DNA from: Octopus vulgaris | Taxonomy: Eukaryota | Direction: 5' to 3' | NCBI GenBank assembly: GCA_951406725.2 | Contig: OX597820.1 | Location: forward strand, 33,170,001-33,234,000 | DNA length: 64,000 nt | Part shown: positions 28,778 through 43,974 of the stretch, one piece after another | Layout: each line of letters opens with the position of its first letter | How positions within the stretch are numbered: position 1 is the stretch's first letter | Made by a program: the position numbers and the translations under genes | Notes under the pieces: model-generated | Database searches by the model: none | What the model saw: the letters and a program-made list of their open reading frames with translations, nothing else | What the model was told of the DNA's origin: nothing

Positions 28778-29046
28778 CGTGATCACCGTGACCGACCAGG
28801 CTATCAAAGGTCACAATGCGCTTCGTATTGTTTTAGCCTTCAAATGACGCCACCCCGCTGGCTAAGCGAGCAGGCGTACAGAAGAGTGAGAGAAAGTTGT
28901 GGCGAAAGAATACACCCACCCCCTGCCGGAGCCTCGTGGAGTTTTAGGTATTTTCGTTCAATAAACACTCACAACACCCGGTCTAGGAATCGAAACCGCG
29001 ATTCTACAACCACGAGTCCGCTACCCTATGTATATTGCGCCTCCAC
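28774..29046 (-). mobile_element. tRNA-derived SINE, family C, tail ending (CACGGTGAT)2
   Basis: Family C head and body; the same tail occurs alone at 53085-53203. Confidence 0.75.
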
Positions 29047-29051
29047 ATATG

Positions 29052-29113
<62 letters not shown>

Positions 29114-29115
29114 AC

Positions 29116-29388
29116 ATTGCCCTATTTAACATTGTCCCGAGGAGATCAAAGAGGAAAAGGATCCCATCAACTTTAAACGGAGTCTGGATAGATTCCTTCA
29201 AAGAATACCAGATAAGTCACCCATAATTGGATACAACTCACCCAACAAGAACTCACTACTTGAACAAAACTTGACTTAAACAAAACTTGCCTTAAACAGG
29301 ATTCGAATAATCCTATCAGGTGGTGCTATTAAGTTAGACATGGCCTGGACCATTCATTGGTCGAAACATATCTAAGTTTATCTAAGTT

Positions 29389-29391
<3 letters not shown>
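29116..29391 (+). mobile_element. 3' end fragment of the CR1/L2-group LINE inserted in (TA)n
   Basis: Matches the reverse complement of 35715-35985; ends ATCTAAGTTTATCTAAGTTTA. Confidence 0.85.
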
Positions 29392-29430
<39 letters not shown>

Positions 29431-29537
29431 CAGAGAGACAGAGAGACAGAGAGACAGAGCGACAGGCAGACTGAGTGAGAGAGATCAAGCAGATGAATTC
29501 GAGAGAATCCCTACGTAGAAAACTAGTTTATTTACTC

Positions 29538-29591
<54 letters not shown>

Positions 29592-29653
29592 ATACATACA
29601 TATATATATATATATTTATATGTGTGTGTGTGTGTATATATATATGTATATAT

Positions 29654-29870
29654 AGTTAATCCAAACAAGAAAACACAGAAAAAAACACAGCAACGCGAGG
29701 ACGTGAAACAATTAAAGTATTATTTGACGCTCAGGAAAGAAGGGAAGGAGGGTTTAACGGTTCGAGCGGAGCTCTTCGTCGGAAACAAGGAGAAGGAAAG
29801 ATCCCAAGAAGGGAAGACAGAGGAAAAAAATATTTTTGCTGATGGTGCTCAAGAGATCACATGTTGAAAG
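29654..29870 (-). mobile_element. (TA)n-associated repeat related to family H1 (related fragment at 11142-11232)
   Basis: Minus strand GTTT-CCGACGA-AGAGC-TCC-GCTC-GAAC-CG-TT-AAAC at 29752-29786. Confidence 0.55.
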
Positions 29871-29959
29871 AACAGAAGTTGAGAGGTGACCAAAAGCCTC
29901 TAAGAGCTGTCTTGTCTACACTCAAATAAAATAGTCTTGCCGCTTTGTTAGAACTACAA

Positions 29960-30054
29960 CTGATATTCCGTCGCTTACGACGATTGTTCCACATGATCCG
30001 ATCAACAAGACAGCCTGCTCGTGAAATTAAAGTGCAAGTGGCTGAGCACTCCAC

Positions 30055-30088
<34 letters not shown>

Positions 30089-30250
30089 GTGCCCTTAACA
30101 TGTTTCTCAGAGAGATTACCGGTACAACACATTTTCGCCATATCAGCGTATAGGAGCAACGTGAAATAAGATGTCTTGCTCAAGGATACAACGCGCTGCC
30201 GCAAATCGATCTCACAACCTTACTATCGTGATCCGAATGCCCTAACCACT
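29960..30250 (-). mobile_element. tRNA-derived SINE, family D (diverged)
   Basis: GTGGTTAGGGCATTCGG head and TTGAGCAAGACA..TATTTCACGTTGCTCC body shared with 56826 and 62225. Confidence 0.65.
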
Positions 30251-30456
30251 ACTTGTTTCAGTCATGTGACTGTGGCCATGCTGGAGCACAGCCTTAAGTC
30301 GAGCAAATCGACCCCAGGACTTATTCCTTGTAAGCCTAGTACTTATTTTATCGGTTTCTTTTGCCGAACCGCTAAGTTACGGGGACGTAAACACACCAGC
30401 ATCGGTTCTTAAGTAATGTTGGGGGACAAAAAAAACACACAAACATACACACATAC

Positions 30457-30488
<32 letters not shown>

Positions 30489-30489
30489 G

Positions 30490-30553
<64 letters not shown>

Positions 30554-30724
30554 CACACACATATATACGACGGGTTTCTTTCAGTTTCTGTCTACCAAAT
30601 CCACTCACAAGGCTTTGGTCGGCCCGAGACTATAGTAGAAAACACTTGCCCAAGGTGCCACGCAGTGGATTGAACCCGAACCATGTGGTTGGTAAGCAAG
30701 CTACTTACCACACAGCCACTTCTG
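30250..30724 (-). mobile_element. SINE family A
   Basis: Reverse complement of family A with internal microsatellite. Confidence 0.85.
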
Positions 30725-31071
30725 AAGGGGAAAACGTCAAACTAAATTCCATAGAAGCAAACATAAGTGCATGAAGGTTAGTAATTTTAAGGAGAACGGG
30801 CTATCCGATTATATCAGCTCCAAGACATAAATGGGAGTTTATCCTATCGATCTCAGAGGGATGAAAGAAAAAGTCAATTGTTGTGGGTTTGATAACAGAA
30901 TGTAAAAAGCCGTAAGAAAAACAACAAGGTGTTTTTCCGACGCTCAAGCGATACCATCAGCATACAGCCATCAATAAATGGCAAATAATAATAACAGTGG
31001 AACAACTGGGTCACGTACACACGTATATGTGTATATATGGATATATATGCTTATATGTATGTATGCATGTA

Positions 31072-31108
<37 letters not shown>

Positions 31109-31394
31109 ATATATATATATATATACACATACACTCACACATACGTGTGTGTGTGTGTGTGTGTGTGTTAGGTCACACCTCCACACACTTCTACACGCAA
31201 GCACACATGGATATATAAGTATCTGTGGCTGAACTCGAGCGTATCTTTTGGAGTACCTTCTGTGTTTATAAACTCTGCGTATCTGTATACTAGTGTGTAA
31301 AGGTGTGGAAGTGGTGTGTAAAAAGTGTGTGTAAATGCCAGTGCGTAGAAAGCATACATTGGAACAAATTCCTTCACGTCACAGCCAATGCGTG

Positions 31395-31435
<41 letters not shown>

Positions 31436-31436
31436 A

Positions 31437-31525
<89 letters not shown>

Positions 31526-31561
31526 CTTACATTATATATATATATACATACATATGTGTGT

Positions 31562-31614
<53 letters not shown>

Positions 31615-31899
31615 ATGCGAGACATAACCATCACTACAGAGTAGTTCAATTATATGAAATCGTCCTCTCACAACTAAAAATATACAAAACTATCAAACAA
31701 TATGTCTCACGTTCCGCATGGTTAACGATTCAAAATAGGTTCCTTTTTTTCTAAAGTTTCCTTTTTTTTTTTTTTTTTCGTGTTTTCGGGGTTTTATATT
31801 CATCACTATGTCTAGCCTATTTTTAATTTATTTATTCGCTACCCAATCTCTCTTTTCTTTTTTGTGGATAAAAAGTACATTCTTCTTCTTCTTCTTCTT

Positions 31900-31930
<31 letters not shown>

Positions 31931-31954
31931 TTATTATTATTATTATTATTCTTA

Positions 31955-32400
<446 letters not shown>

Positions 32401-32409
32401 TTATTATTA

Positions 32410-32452
<43 letters not shown>

Positions 32453-32786
32453 ACTGTCCAACATTTAGTAGGCCGAGGTAAATTTCTACTACATCGCCTG
32501 CTACACCTCCGTGTTGCTGGGATGTGTGCCGCATTGTGTGTCCTTTTCTGCTTTTCCCGGTACTGTATTGTGTTAGTTTTTTTTGTCTTGAGGTGTGGTG
32601 CAGTATTTTGTTCTGTTACTGCTTGTATTGTATGTTGAGTGTGTAATGCATTGGTTATCTAGTTTATTGGTGGAAGTTTATTTCATTGGGTAATTATTGT
32701 TTAGAGTGTGTCTTGTGTTTGTGGGTTATTCTGTTTAGGTTGTATTATTGGATTGATTGTGTATTGCGTAGGATGTGGGATGCTGC

Positions 32787-32940
<154 letters not shown>

Positions 32941-32960
32941 CAATGTTGTTGTTGTTGTTG

Positions 32961-33417
32961 TTGAGTGAGAGAGCAGTGCATGCCATCAAAGTGACACTGG
33001 GGTAAAATATACGAAGCCCAGTATACCCATCATGACTAGCCGTCTGATAAGGGTACACTTGGCACATGCATCACAACCATATGTGCGCGACATGATGATC
33101 TCATATCAAGATAAACAGCACATGACCTTGCAGGTGGAGCCCAGTTAGAATTTTCTTCTGGTAGAGTAACCCATCCCGCTCAAAAGGTCCTTGAATAAGG
33201 ATTGTTTAAGGATGTTGAACGAATCACCCATGTTTCCAAAGGTGAATTATCCAAACCTCCAAGAATTCCTTTCAACACATGGCTATGATGTTCCCCCACT
33301 ACTTCTGCTCGTGGTCAGAGTTGCACATATCGTCAGCCAGTAAGGAACATGGTCAACTGGTTAAGGTCAAACAACTGACAAGCAAATCTGTGATATTGAG
33401 CAGAATATTTGCTGTAG
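32961..33417 (-). mobile_element. (AAT)n-tailed non-coding retroelement (same family as 5068-5530)
   Basis: Reverse complement of 5068-5530; the 3' end runs into (AAC)n/(AAT)n. Confidence 0.8.
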
Positions 33418-33424
33418 CCCATCT

Positions 33425-33702
33425 ATTTATTTTTATCACGTGCTTTTACTGCACTACCGATCGTAGCTTTGTGTGCCTTGGGTATGTGCTGTGGTTTGCT
33501 ATGGTGTTCTTATTTTCACTGTATTGAAAGTGTTTTACGTAGTGCTATTTTCTGTATGTTATATGTACTTGTAAGTCCTGGTGTTTTTGTTGTGTATTTG
33601 TCTGAATGTTTTTTATTATACCTAATGCGCCTCTATGATAGAAATTGCTTCTGTTTTTAGGCACCACATTCGAGTTACATTTATTTCCAGATACTATTAT
33701 TA

Positions 33703-33763
<61 letters not shown>

Positions 33764-34145
33764 GTAGTCTTATTTTTATAACGTGCTTTCAGTTCACTAC
33801 TGAGCACAGGTCTGTATGCCTTTGGTATATGCTGTGGTTTGCTGTGATGCTCTTATGGTTACTGTATTGAAAGTGTTTTATACGTAGGATTTGTGCATGC
33901 CTAGTAGTGCTACGTTCTATAAGTTACATATATTTGTAAGCCCTGGTGTTTTTGTTATGTATTTGTCTGAATATTTTTTTTATCATATCTAATGCTCCCA
34001 CTATGATAGGAATTGTTTCTGTTTTTAGACTCCACATTCCAATTACCTCTATTTCTAGGTCTTTGTATTTTGAAAGTTTCTCCAGAAACGTTGTCATCTG
34101 TTGGTATTGATACATCGATTAACAAGTGACATTCTTTTTTCCCTT
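33425..34145 (-). mobile_element. Two tandem R4/Dong-like RLE 3' fragments separated by (TAA)n
   Basis: LLIDVSIPTDDNVS / EKLSKYKDLEIEV..W..KTETIPIIVGAL (33762-34145) and a shorter homologous copy (33425-33690). Confidence 0.75.
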
Positions 34146-35714
34146 TCAGCCCAGTAGACACGTGTTTGTTTTTGTTACACAATTTTGCAAAATAGATATC
34201 TTCTTGGCCAGTTTCTTCATATTCAAAATTTAACTGTTGTTACAAGCAAATGGGAAACTATTAACTCGCACGGTATTTTCTTTATTTGGCAAGGAAAATA
34301 CCAGTGTATGTATAGCGTTGCTGTTGTCAAACCAGTCGTCAATTACGCTAAGTTTGCTCAAATTTAGACTGTGAAAATTAGAATTTACATGTGTGGAAAT
34401 GTGTGTTACTATTTTATTCAAACTGTTTCCATTAACATCTTTTAGAATTTCTTTTAAGCCTAGATTTTAGCCTATTTTGTGTGTGTTTTGCTGACAAGGT
34501 TGTGCTAAATGTTGGCTTAACATATGAAGCCGTTCAAAAGATGTCTTCTTTTTTTTTTTACGCTTTATAAAGAAGTCTGCTAGTATATATATATATATAT
34601 GGATAGATATAAACACTTTCTCTTTATATGCAGTGTTTTCACGGACAGAAAAAGAAAGATAGGTCGGATTAGTTCTAATCTAGTATTAGAATTGCCTCTG
34701 AGTGATAGTAACCTGCTTGAACTGTCCACAGAGATATTACTAATAAATACATCATTACTCTATTACTTGTAACTTAACTAACTTGTATATTAACTGGTAC
34801 ATGTCATACATGATATATGTGCATGTGTATCTGTGTACGTGTATATACACACACACACTTTGTTCAAATGTAGAAGAAAAAAACAAAAGACAAAGACAGG
34901 GTAAGGAACAATAAGCAGGTGTATAAGTTTGACACCCGGGAAGAATGGAAAAATCTTTACTAGCAATCTGTAAACATACTTAGAGTGCGCATTTATTGAG
35001 GGCCTTCTAAACTGCGATATTTATCTCGAGCAAGAACCTCTTACAGACGCATAGTGTTAAAAAACACAAAAAAGTATCAGCAACAGGTGAATGTCGCCTA
35101 GCAGCGGCCGTGCGGTTGGCAAATCTAGATTTCTGCTTATTAGCTTCTTAAAAGCAAATCTCCACACCACTGCAAGCCAAGCGAATTTCGGTTACAGGCT
35201 GATATAGTTCAACAGTGATTGTAAGATCACTGACGTCACATTTAGCTGGCAGGATGGACAAAAATTCATGATTAGCGACGGAGACAGAATTAGTTCAAAA
35301 TTAACAATCTGTATAGATATTTTACCTGGGTATAAGGTGAAAGCCTTTCAAACTACAGTGTACGTCATGACAAGTATCTTTTATAGATGTATAGTATGAA
35401 AATGAGACTTACACTGGAAACACAATACTAAAAGAAAACTTTTAATGCTTTCCTTCAACAAATACCAAATATATAAACAAACTTCTTGATCTAATTTAAC
35501 TGAATTGTTGCCAAACTAGCGATGCCAACTCTGTCCTTGATCTACTAAACTTACGAATGATAGCTATGGCTCGCTGAAAACTTGACAATACAATTCAATT
35601 ATATAATTTACATTATATAACTATCATTTCTGTTAATGATGTGTCCGCATGTTAATTATTAAATATCTACTAAATATTTTATAAACAATTTCACTTATTT
35701 TGTTTTATGCGTAC

Positions 35715-37990
35715 ATAAACTTAGATAAACTTAGATATGTTTCGACCAATGATTGGTCCAGGCCATGTCTAACTTAATAGCACCACCCGATAGGATTATT
35801 TGAATCCTGTTTAAGTCAAGTTTTGTTTATGGTCCATTCAAGTAGTGAGTTTTGTTGGGTGAGTTGTATCCAATTATGGGTGGCTTATCTGGTATTCCTT
35901 GAAGGAATCTATCCAGACTCCGTTTAAAGTTGATGGGATCCTGTTCCTCTTTGATCTCTTTCGGGACAATGTTAAATAGGGCAGGGCCTGTTGAGGAAAA
36001 GAAATTATGTTGTAGTGTACATGTATGCTGTGATCTTGAATTGAGCAGGGGGCGTATGGCCCGTGGTCCCAGTCTTGGATGAACCTTGAAGCCAATGTTC
36101 AGGTCGTTTGGGCAAAGTTGGCGGTATATTCTCCACATCGTACAAATGATGTACCGCTCACGGCGACGCTGGAGAGAGTAGAGTTTCAAGGCTTTAAGGC
36201 GATCCCAATAATCGAGAGCAGCCATGCCTTCAATTCGTTTAGTAAGTGCTCTCTGGGGTGATTCAATCCTCGAGATGTTTTGTCTTGTATGGGGAGACCA
36301 CAGTGGGCAGCAGTATTCGAGGTGTGGCCGTACAAAGGAGGAGAAAAGTGGTATGATGACACCTTGTTCTCTGGACCGGAAAGTTCTTAAGATCCAGGAA
36401 CTCATCCTACGAGCTATATCGACCTTCTTGTTGATGTGTGCACTCCAACTGAGATCGTCATCAACAATTACACCCAGGTCTCTGATATTGTTAGAGGCTG
36501 TGAGCGGTTCCTCTGAAGGAAGAGAGTATGGCTGTTTTAGTGAGGAATTTTTTCCAAAATGCATCAGCTCAAATTTTCCCTCGTTCAGTTGCATTTTGTT
36601 TCTGTCTGCCCATTGACTCACAGCATATAGATCAGACTGGAGTTGAGTTCTGTCTGCTTCTTCATTGACGATTTGCTAGAGCTTAGTGACATCAGCAAAT
36701 ATTTTCACTTTGCAGTAATGTACGACACTGGAAAGGTCGTTTATGTAGATTATGAAGAGTAGCAGACCCAAGACAGTCCCCTGGGGGACACCGCTGGTGA
36801 CTTTTGCTGGGCTTGAGTGGACTCCATCAACTACAACATGTTGTGTTCTATTCGCCAGGAAATACTTGATCCAGTGTAGAATTTTTCCGCGGATTCCAAC
36901 ATTTGCCAATTTTGAGAGTAGGATATTATGGTCTACCCTGTCGAACGCTTTACTGAAGTCAAGATATATGACCTGTTCTCAAGGCTTTGAGTACATCTTC
37001 AATGTGTTGTAAGAGCTGTGTTAGACAGTCCCTGCCACAGCGAAAGACATACTGATTTGCATTTAGGAGTTTGTGGGTCTCCAGGAAGTCAGCTATCCTT
37101 GATCTTAACACTCTTTCAAACACTTTGATGATGTGGGAGGTGAGTGAGATTGGGCGATAGTTGAGTGCGAGGGATCTGTTTCCCTGTTTGAAAACCGGGA
37201 TGACTGACTGGGATAGAAAATGTTTCGGTATATAACCTGCGTCTAACGAATTTCTCCAGAGGTTGGTCAGAGGGACTGCAAGTTGGTGTCTACATACCTT
37301 CAGGAGACAAGCGGGAAATCTATCAGGGCCTACAGCAGAGTAGTATTTGACTTCATTTATTGCTGCTGTGATGTCAGTGGCAGTGAAGGTTATGTCTGAG
37401 ATTTTAGGTTGAGAGTCAACTTCGTTCGCTTCTCTTGCGTCAATATCAGTGGGAACACTAAAGACAGAGCAGTATTGTTTCTGCAGTATTTCTGCCATTT
37501 CTTTAGCATCGTGTTGGGGAATGCCGTTATCATCAATCAATGGCCCAATGGGTGAGACAGTGGTGCTATGCTTATTTGCATAAGAATAGAACACTTTTGG
37601 GTTCTGTTTGGTGTTTTTGATTACCCACTGTTCCTCCACAGCTCTTTGATTTTCAATGGAGGTTTTCATGTCGTTCTGTAGATGAAGTTTTTTCAGCTCT
37701 AGCCTTTTCATTGTTGTTGAATTTGGATGTTGTATGTGGGAATATTTTAATTAGTTGATTTTTTTGTTAAGTCTTTTGATGCGCCTGATGAGTGTTTTTT
37801 TTCTTTTTAGGGAGCCGGTTTCTGTTTCTGTTAGTAGATTTCGAGGGAGCGTGTTTAGAGCATGTATAGGTGACAATGTTTTCAAAGTGCTGCCATGTGG
37901 TCTCAGATTGGGTGGAATTGAGAGTAAAAGACCAGTCGATGCGAGGCAGATCCGTTCTGATTGTTCCCCAGTCCGCTTTGTGAAAGTTTA
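35715..37990 (-). mobile_element. 5'-truncated CR1/L2-group LINE, decayed reverse transcriptase ORF2
   Basis: NYRPISLTSHIIKVFER, SGVPQGTVLG, FADV (mutated FADD), RDLGV, FVRPHLEYC..W, RRERY motifs over ORFs 36959-37711, 36676-36909 and 35827-36621, with stops and frameshifts; short tandem 3' tail. Confidence 0.92.
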
Positions 37991-38187
37991 TATAGAAATG
38001 TATATATATGCATATACATACATACATATATATATATACATATACATATATATATATATACATACATATACATATAAATACATAAATACATATATATATA
38101 TACATATACATATATATATATATGTATGTATATATATATGTATATGTATATATATATATGTATTTATGTATTTATATGTATATATAT

Positions 38188-38462
38188 ATCATTTTTTGCC
38201 GTCCTTGATTTTGTATACATTCGCTGCTTTCTTCCAAGGAATCTAATGCTCTTAGCTTAGTTATGGGGCTGGCCAGATTGGAGCGATCTCAAGTATAATC
38301 AGCCGAAATTGCGAAGATAATCTGGTACTTGACTGAGGAAAGAAAACTTCGAATGACCCGTCCTTGTTTTCTTTGTATCGTCTATCTGGATGTTTTGTTG
38401 TCCCATTTTTGCATCACCTAACTCTCCGGATGTTTTGAGTTCTCGTCCCATTTTGTATTACA
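38188..38462 (+). mobile_element. Short (TA)n-embedded repeat (partial second copy at 44535-44670)
   Basis: Shared TATAATCAGCCGAAATTGCGAAGAT...GACTGARGA...CTTCGAATG; both copies are flanked by TA repeats. Confidence 0.6.
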
Positions 38463-38487
38463 TATATATATACATACATATATATAT

Positions 38488-38542
<55 letters not shown>

Positions 38543-38837
38543 GATGTATGTTTATACATGAATGTATATATATATATATATATGTATGTATGTCTGAGTG
38601 TGTGTGTGTGTGTGTGTGTTTCAGTATGCAACAGAAACAGCGCTAGTGTAATAAACATTATCAACCACATATACATTAACATATACAGAATGCGCATTTG
38701 CTGGCGGGCCGCGGTATGGCACACTGGAGAATATTTTCACAAAAATTTTGGATATCGCCCCTAGATGGGGTTAAAGGTGAATTACCTTGCTTGTCCATGA
38801 GTATTTTAGCACCTAGCACTTTCATATATGTGTGTAT

Positions 38838-38896
<59 letters not shown>

Positions 38897-39443
38897 GTAT
38901 GTGTATGTATATCTAAACATACATACAAAAATATATACATAAATGTATGCAAACATATATATACATACACAACAGTCACAGCTATATACAAACGCATATG
39001 TCATTCATATGTGTTGATATCTCCAATGTAGCTTCTTTGTATTTCTTAAAAGAACGTGTGACATCTGATTAATGAGAGGCGAAATGGATATCTGTGCGTA
39101 TGCAAATATATATATATATATATATATATATAAGATATATATAAGTGCGTTTTTCTCTGTCAAATCCACACGTATATATTCGAGATTCTTCTATTCCGTT
39201 CTATTTCCTTCGCATAAACATAGTCGTCATAAGTTTCTTTAATTAGAAATTTCATGTTGAATATTTTTCAGTGGAAAATACTTCGTCTTTTATGAAGGGA
39301 GTATGTGTATTTTGAAGTACATGAGTATTTTATTCTACATGCGCACTTGCAAAGACACACAGACGTATATGTGTATATATGTCTATGTATATGTGAATGA
39401 ATACATGTATGTGTCTCTCTGTGTGTGGATATGTATGTATTAC

Positions 39444-39475
<32 letters not shown>

Positions 39476-39527
39476 ATGTATGTATGTATATATACACATA
39501 CATATATATATGTATGTTTATACATGA

Positions 39528-39577
<50 letters not shown>

Positions 39578-39677
39578 ATATATATATATATATGTATGTG
39601 TATATATATATATATATGTACACTTATATATATATAGATATAAACATACATAAATATATATATTTATATATACATAC

Positions 39678-39752
<75 letters not shown>

Positions 39753-40415
39753 TAGGTAGGTAGGTAGGTAGAATTACAGATAATATATCTCTTTCTCTCT
39801 CTCCTTATATATATGTATAAATATACACACACAACTGTGTATGTATGTATGTATGTATGTATGTATGTATGTATGTATGTATGTATGTATGTATGTATGT
39901 ATGTATGTATGTATGTATGTGTGTATGTATTCACCAGTGCAGAATATTATATTGGTTTAGTCGACACTGTTGTTTTCATTCCTCCAGGTTATATTTATGT
40001 TGCATATACGTGCGTGTGTGTGTGTATGTGTGTGTGAGTGTGTGAATGTGTGTGTGTGTGTGTGCGTGCGCATGTGCAAACGTCTCTGTTTGCGTGTGAG
40101 CGCATGCTTGTAGGGGTGAGAGTGGAAGGTAGATGTCTCTTTAAATAACTTTGTCACTCTGTTGCGTGCTTTGAATGGGTGGTTTCGGGTTCCCAGTCAT
40201 CTCTGACGATCACTGATTGGCTGACGAGACACTCTTTTGGTGGGGTTTATCCTATTTATTGTTTATACACAAAAAAACAACGCACACACACACAGGCAGG
40301 CAGGCAGACAGACAGAGAGGCAGATATATATATAGAGAGATAGATAGATAGAAACATATATACACACATACGTACATAGATACGCACACACACGTATATG
40401 TATGTATGTATACGT

Positions 40416-40504
<89 letters not shown>

Positions 40505-41987
40505 CACATGAATAAATTAACATATCTGTGTATGGAAATAAACATATATACATACCTATCTAAATACATTTCCATATATAAACATATATGCAATATATAC
40601 ACCCATAAATACACACACACTCCCATATATATTTATATCGGTATATATGTATATAGATAGATTGATAGATGAATGAGTATATGTACGTGTGTATATTTTA
40701 TGTATATATATATATATATATATATGTACATATATACATATATATACACATGTTACATATATACATACATACATACATACATACATAGACACACCCACAA
40801 ACATGATGTATGCATACATACACACACAGACATACTCACAAGCATTCACATATACACACAAACATATACGCACACGCATATATTCCCAGCCCAATCCGGA
40901 ACAAAATGGAGTTTTATTCTTAAAAGATAATTTCTCTACTCTTTACTTACAATTGAATTAGTAACGTCACCTTGAAGTCTAGCCCCTATCTCACCCAACA
41001 CCTCAACCAATTATTCTGCCACATTGGGATCACGTGGTTGCGTACTGGGACGCGTTTTCTGTGGTAGTGGTAAGTTCCTGTCGAAAATTTTCATCGATGT
41101 CTTCTATCGTTGGAAACCGACAACTCTCCTTGGGGAGATTTCAAATTTGAGCTGAAGGAAAATTGTCCGTGGAGGCAAAATTTGGAGAAAAGAGGGTACC
41201 GGGGAATGTGAGCCGTCAGTGTGGTTTGCCAAAAAAAAAAAAAACCAAGTAGGGTAATGTGTGTCACGTGAGTAAATAGGGTCTCAAGGTGTAACTTCCA
41301 GATATTTTTGTCCGTTTTCCAAGTTTCTTTCATCGCGCTGCTTCTCCTAAATACTCCCAGAAGATATAAAATAAAGTCTTTAATCGATTGTCTGAACACG
41401 CGGAACAATCTCGTGTTGAACGACGCTCTTTCAGCCTAAAAGTACCCGTAACATCACCTTCACATTTAAGTGGAACGTCGATGATTTTTTGGTCGGGTAA
41501 TGATGATCCAACCCAATCCAACGATGACTGCGCTTTTATTTCCAGTATCGTAGCCTACACTTACTATGTCGCCAGTTGTTATATCTTTTAGAAAGTTTTC
41601 CTCAACATTTGAATTATCAAACAGCTCCTGACAGACTGCCACTCAGATGTCTTTCTGTTTTTCTGCTAATCAGATGCAGCACAAAATTTAAGTCAAAGCG
41701 TAAAATCACGTGACAAAACTGTTAGCCCCTTTCCAGATTCCTATTTCTTCAGAAACTTCCCAAGCTGACAAGCGAAGATTTCCACGGGATACAGCCTTAA
41801 GACCATCTCACTCACATTATTGCCACCCTTTTGATACAAACCGAACGAAAGAAGTGTGCTGTTTGTTTATATATAGCATGCAGTTATGTAATCAAATATT
41901 TTGTAACATACAAAATGAAAGTGAAGCGAAACAAGCCAATGCATGTTGATATTTAATAGCAACCTAATCTTCACATTACTTATGTTC

Positions 41988-42210
41988 AAGGCGGTGAGCT
42001 GGCAGAATTGGTGCCACACCAGGCAAAATGCTTAGCAGCATTTCGTCCGTCTTTAAGTTCTGGGTTCAAATACAGCCGAGGTCGATTTTTCCTTTCATCA
42101 TTTTTGGTCGATAAAATAAAGTACCAGTTGTACTAAAGTACCAGTCGATCTAATTGACTAAGCCTCTTCCCCGAAATTGCTGACCTTGTGACAAAATTTG
42201 AAATCGATAT
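41988..42210 (+). mobile_element. SINE family B (older subfamily)
   Basis: AAGGCGGTGAGCTGGCAGAAT head and CCTTTCATC..GGTCGATAAAATAAAGTACCAG core. Confidence 0.75.
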
Positions 42211-42509
42211 TACTAACGTTCAAACGAAAAATATAAAAGTTTATTTACCATTGTTAAAGCAACGGAATATTAATTCTTAGTAAAACGCCTGCAAAGCATG
42301 CAACAATTGAAAATGTAATATTTAAAGCAGACAGTGATTAGATGAAATATTGTAAAGCCGTTGTTAACACCGCGCGCTGAATACTAAAATACAATGATGA
42401 ATAAATGAAGAATACCAACTGGAAAATAGACAATGATATATAAGGTTTAACAAGGAGCACGAATCCTACAATCGAACAGGTTTCAACACAAAACAATCTC
42501 AGTATATAC

Positions 42510-42601
<92 letters not shown>

Positions 42602-42640
42602 TTGTGTGTGTGTGTGTAAAAGGGGAAAATGACAACAAAA

Positions 42641-43077
42641 AGTCATCTTGAATATTTAATTGCAGTAAGGTGAATTTGAAGTAATTAATTAATTAATTGA
42701 ATAATTATTGGATATCTTACAGCAGATTTAGGGATATCCCAAGTGATAGGTTAGCATCTCCATACACTGAGTATTCCATCATCAGAGACAAGGTGCGTAT
42801 GTATGGAAGTTCTAGACAGGCAATTCACAGTTTATAAAGGATTAAAATCGTAGATAGAAGAATACAGACAGGAGAATGAAGTTCACGGCTCGTCTTCTTC
42901 CAGCGGGTATGGACGTGGGTCCGTACTTTCGTGAAGGTATAGGCCCTCAACTATAAGAGTTATACTATCACTTGGGATATCCCAGAAACAGCTGTAAGAC
43001 ATCCATTAATTAATTAACTAATTAATTAATTAATTACCTCAAATTTACATCACTCTAATTAAATATCCTAAATGACT
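42641..43077. mobile_element. Inverted-repeat element with hammerhead motif (PLE pLTR-like)
   Basis: Arms 42641-42750 and 42965-43077. The minus strand at 42712-42790 gives TGTCT-CTGATGA-TGGAATA; the plus arm gives TATCCCA-GAAA-CAGCTG-TA-AGACA. Confidence 0.65.
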
Positions 43078-43279
43078 TCAGATACTCGTCCTGCTTTGGT
43101 TTTGTTGTTCTTTTTCCTTTAATATATACCTGCTAACTCGGACCTACTACAGATCCCAGCTCCAGACACAGCTGTGAACTTGAAACCTAACGGACGATCA
43201 GTTATAGCACTTACACAGCGTATCTATTCGTTTAGATCACCAGTGAACTAAAACCCCCATATTCTTTATTTATATACAT

Positions 43280-43413
<134 letters not shown>

Positions 43414-43584
43414 ATATATATTCTTTCTTGAAGCGCATAATATGTCTGAACATAAACAACAATGATAAAATAATAAATGCCAAGCAAACACAAAGCCATA
43501 AACCTGGTTTCCACAGCATATAAGGGCATTAGATCACAACATTCATTCTCCCATATAGATACACACACACACACACACACACGC

Positions 43585-43621
<37 letters not shown>

Positions 43622-43941
43622 TAGATAGATAGATAGATAGATAGACAGACAGATATAGTTATGTTGATACATACATACATATATACGTACGTACATGCAT
43701 ACGTACGTACGTACATACATACATACATACATACATGCATACATGCATACATGCATACATGCACACATGCAGACACACACACACATACATACATACATAA
43801 CACACATATACATACATACATGCATACATGCATACATGCACACACACACATACATACATACATACATAATACATACATACATACATACATACATACATAC
43901 ATACATACATACATACATACATACATACATACATACATACA

Positions 43942-43974
<33 letters not shown>

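Noticed and set aside
35231-35238. CRE palindrome TGACGTCA, plus RFX/YY1-like motifs near 20390-20420
   Set aside because: Isolated short motifs are expected by chance in 64 kb.
36224-37012. Plus-strand ORFs of 130 and 86 aa
   Set aside because: Antisense shadows of the LINE reverse transcriptase.
38333-38365. Hammerhead in the 38188/44535 repeat family (CTGAGGA/CTGAAGA...CTTCGAAT)
   Set aside because: GAAA is GAAT in both copies and stems I and III cannot be drawn; kept only as a repeat.
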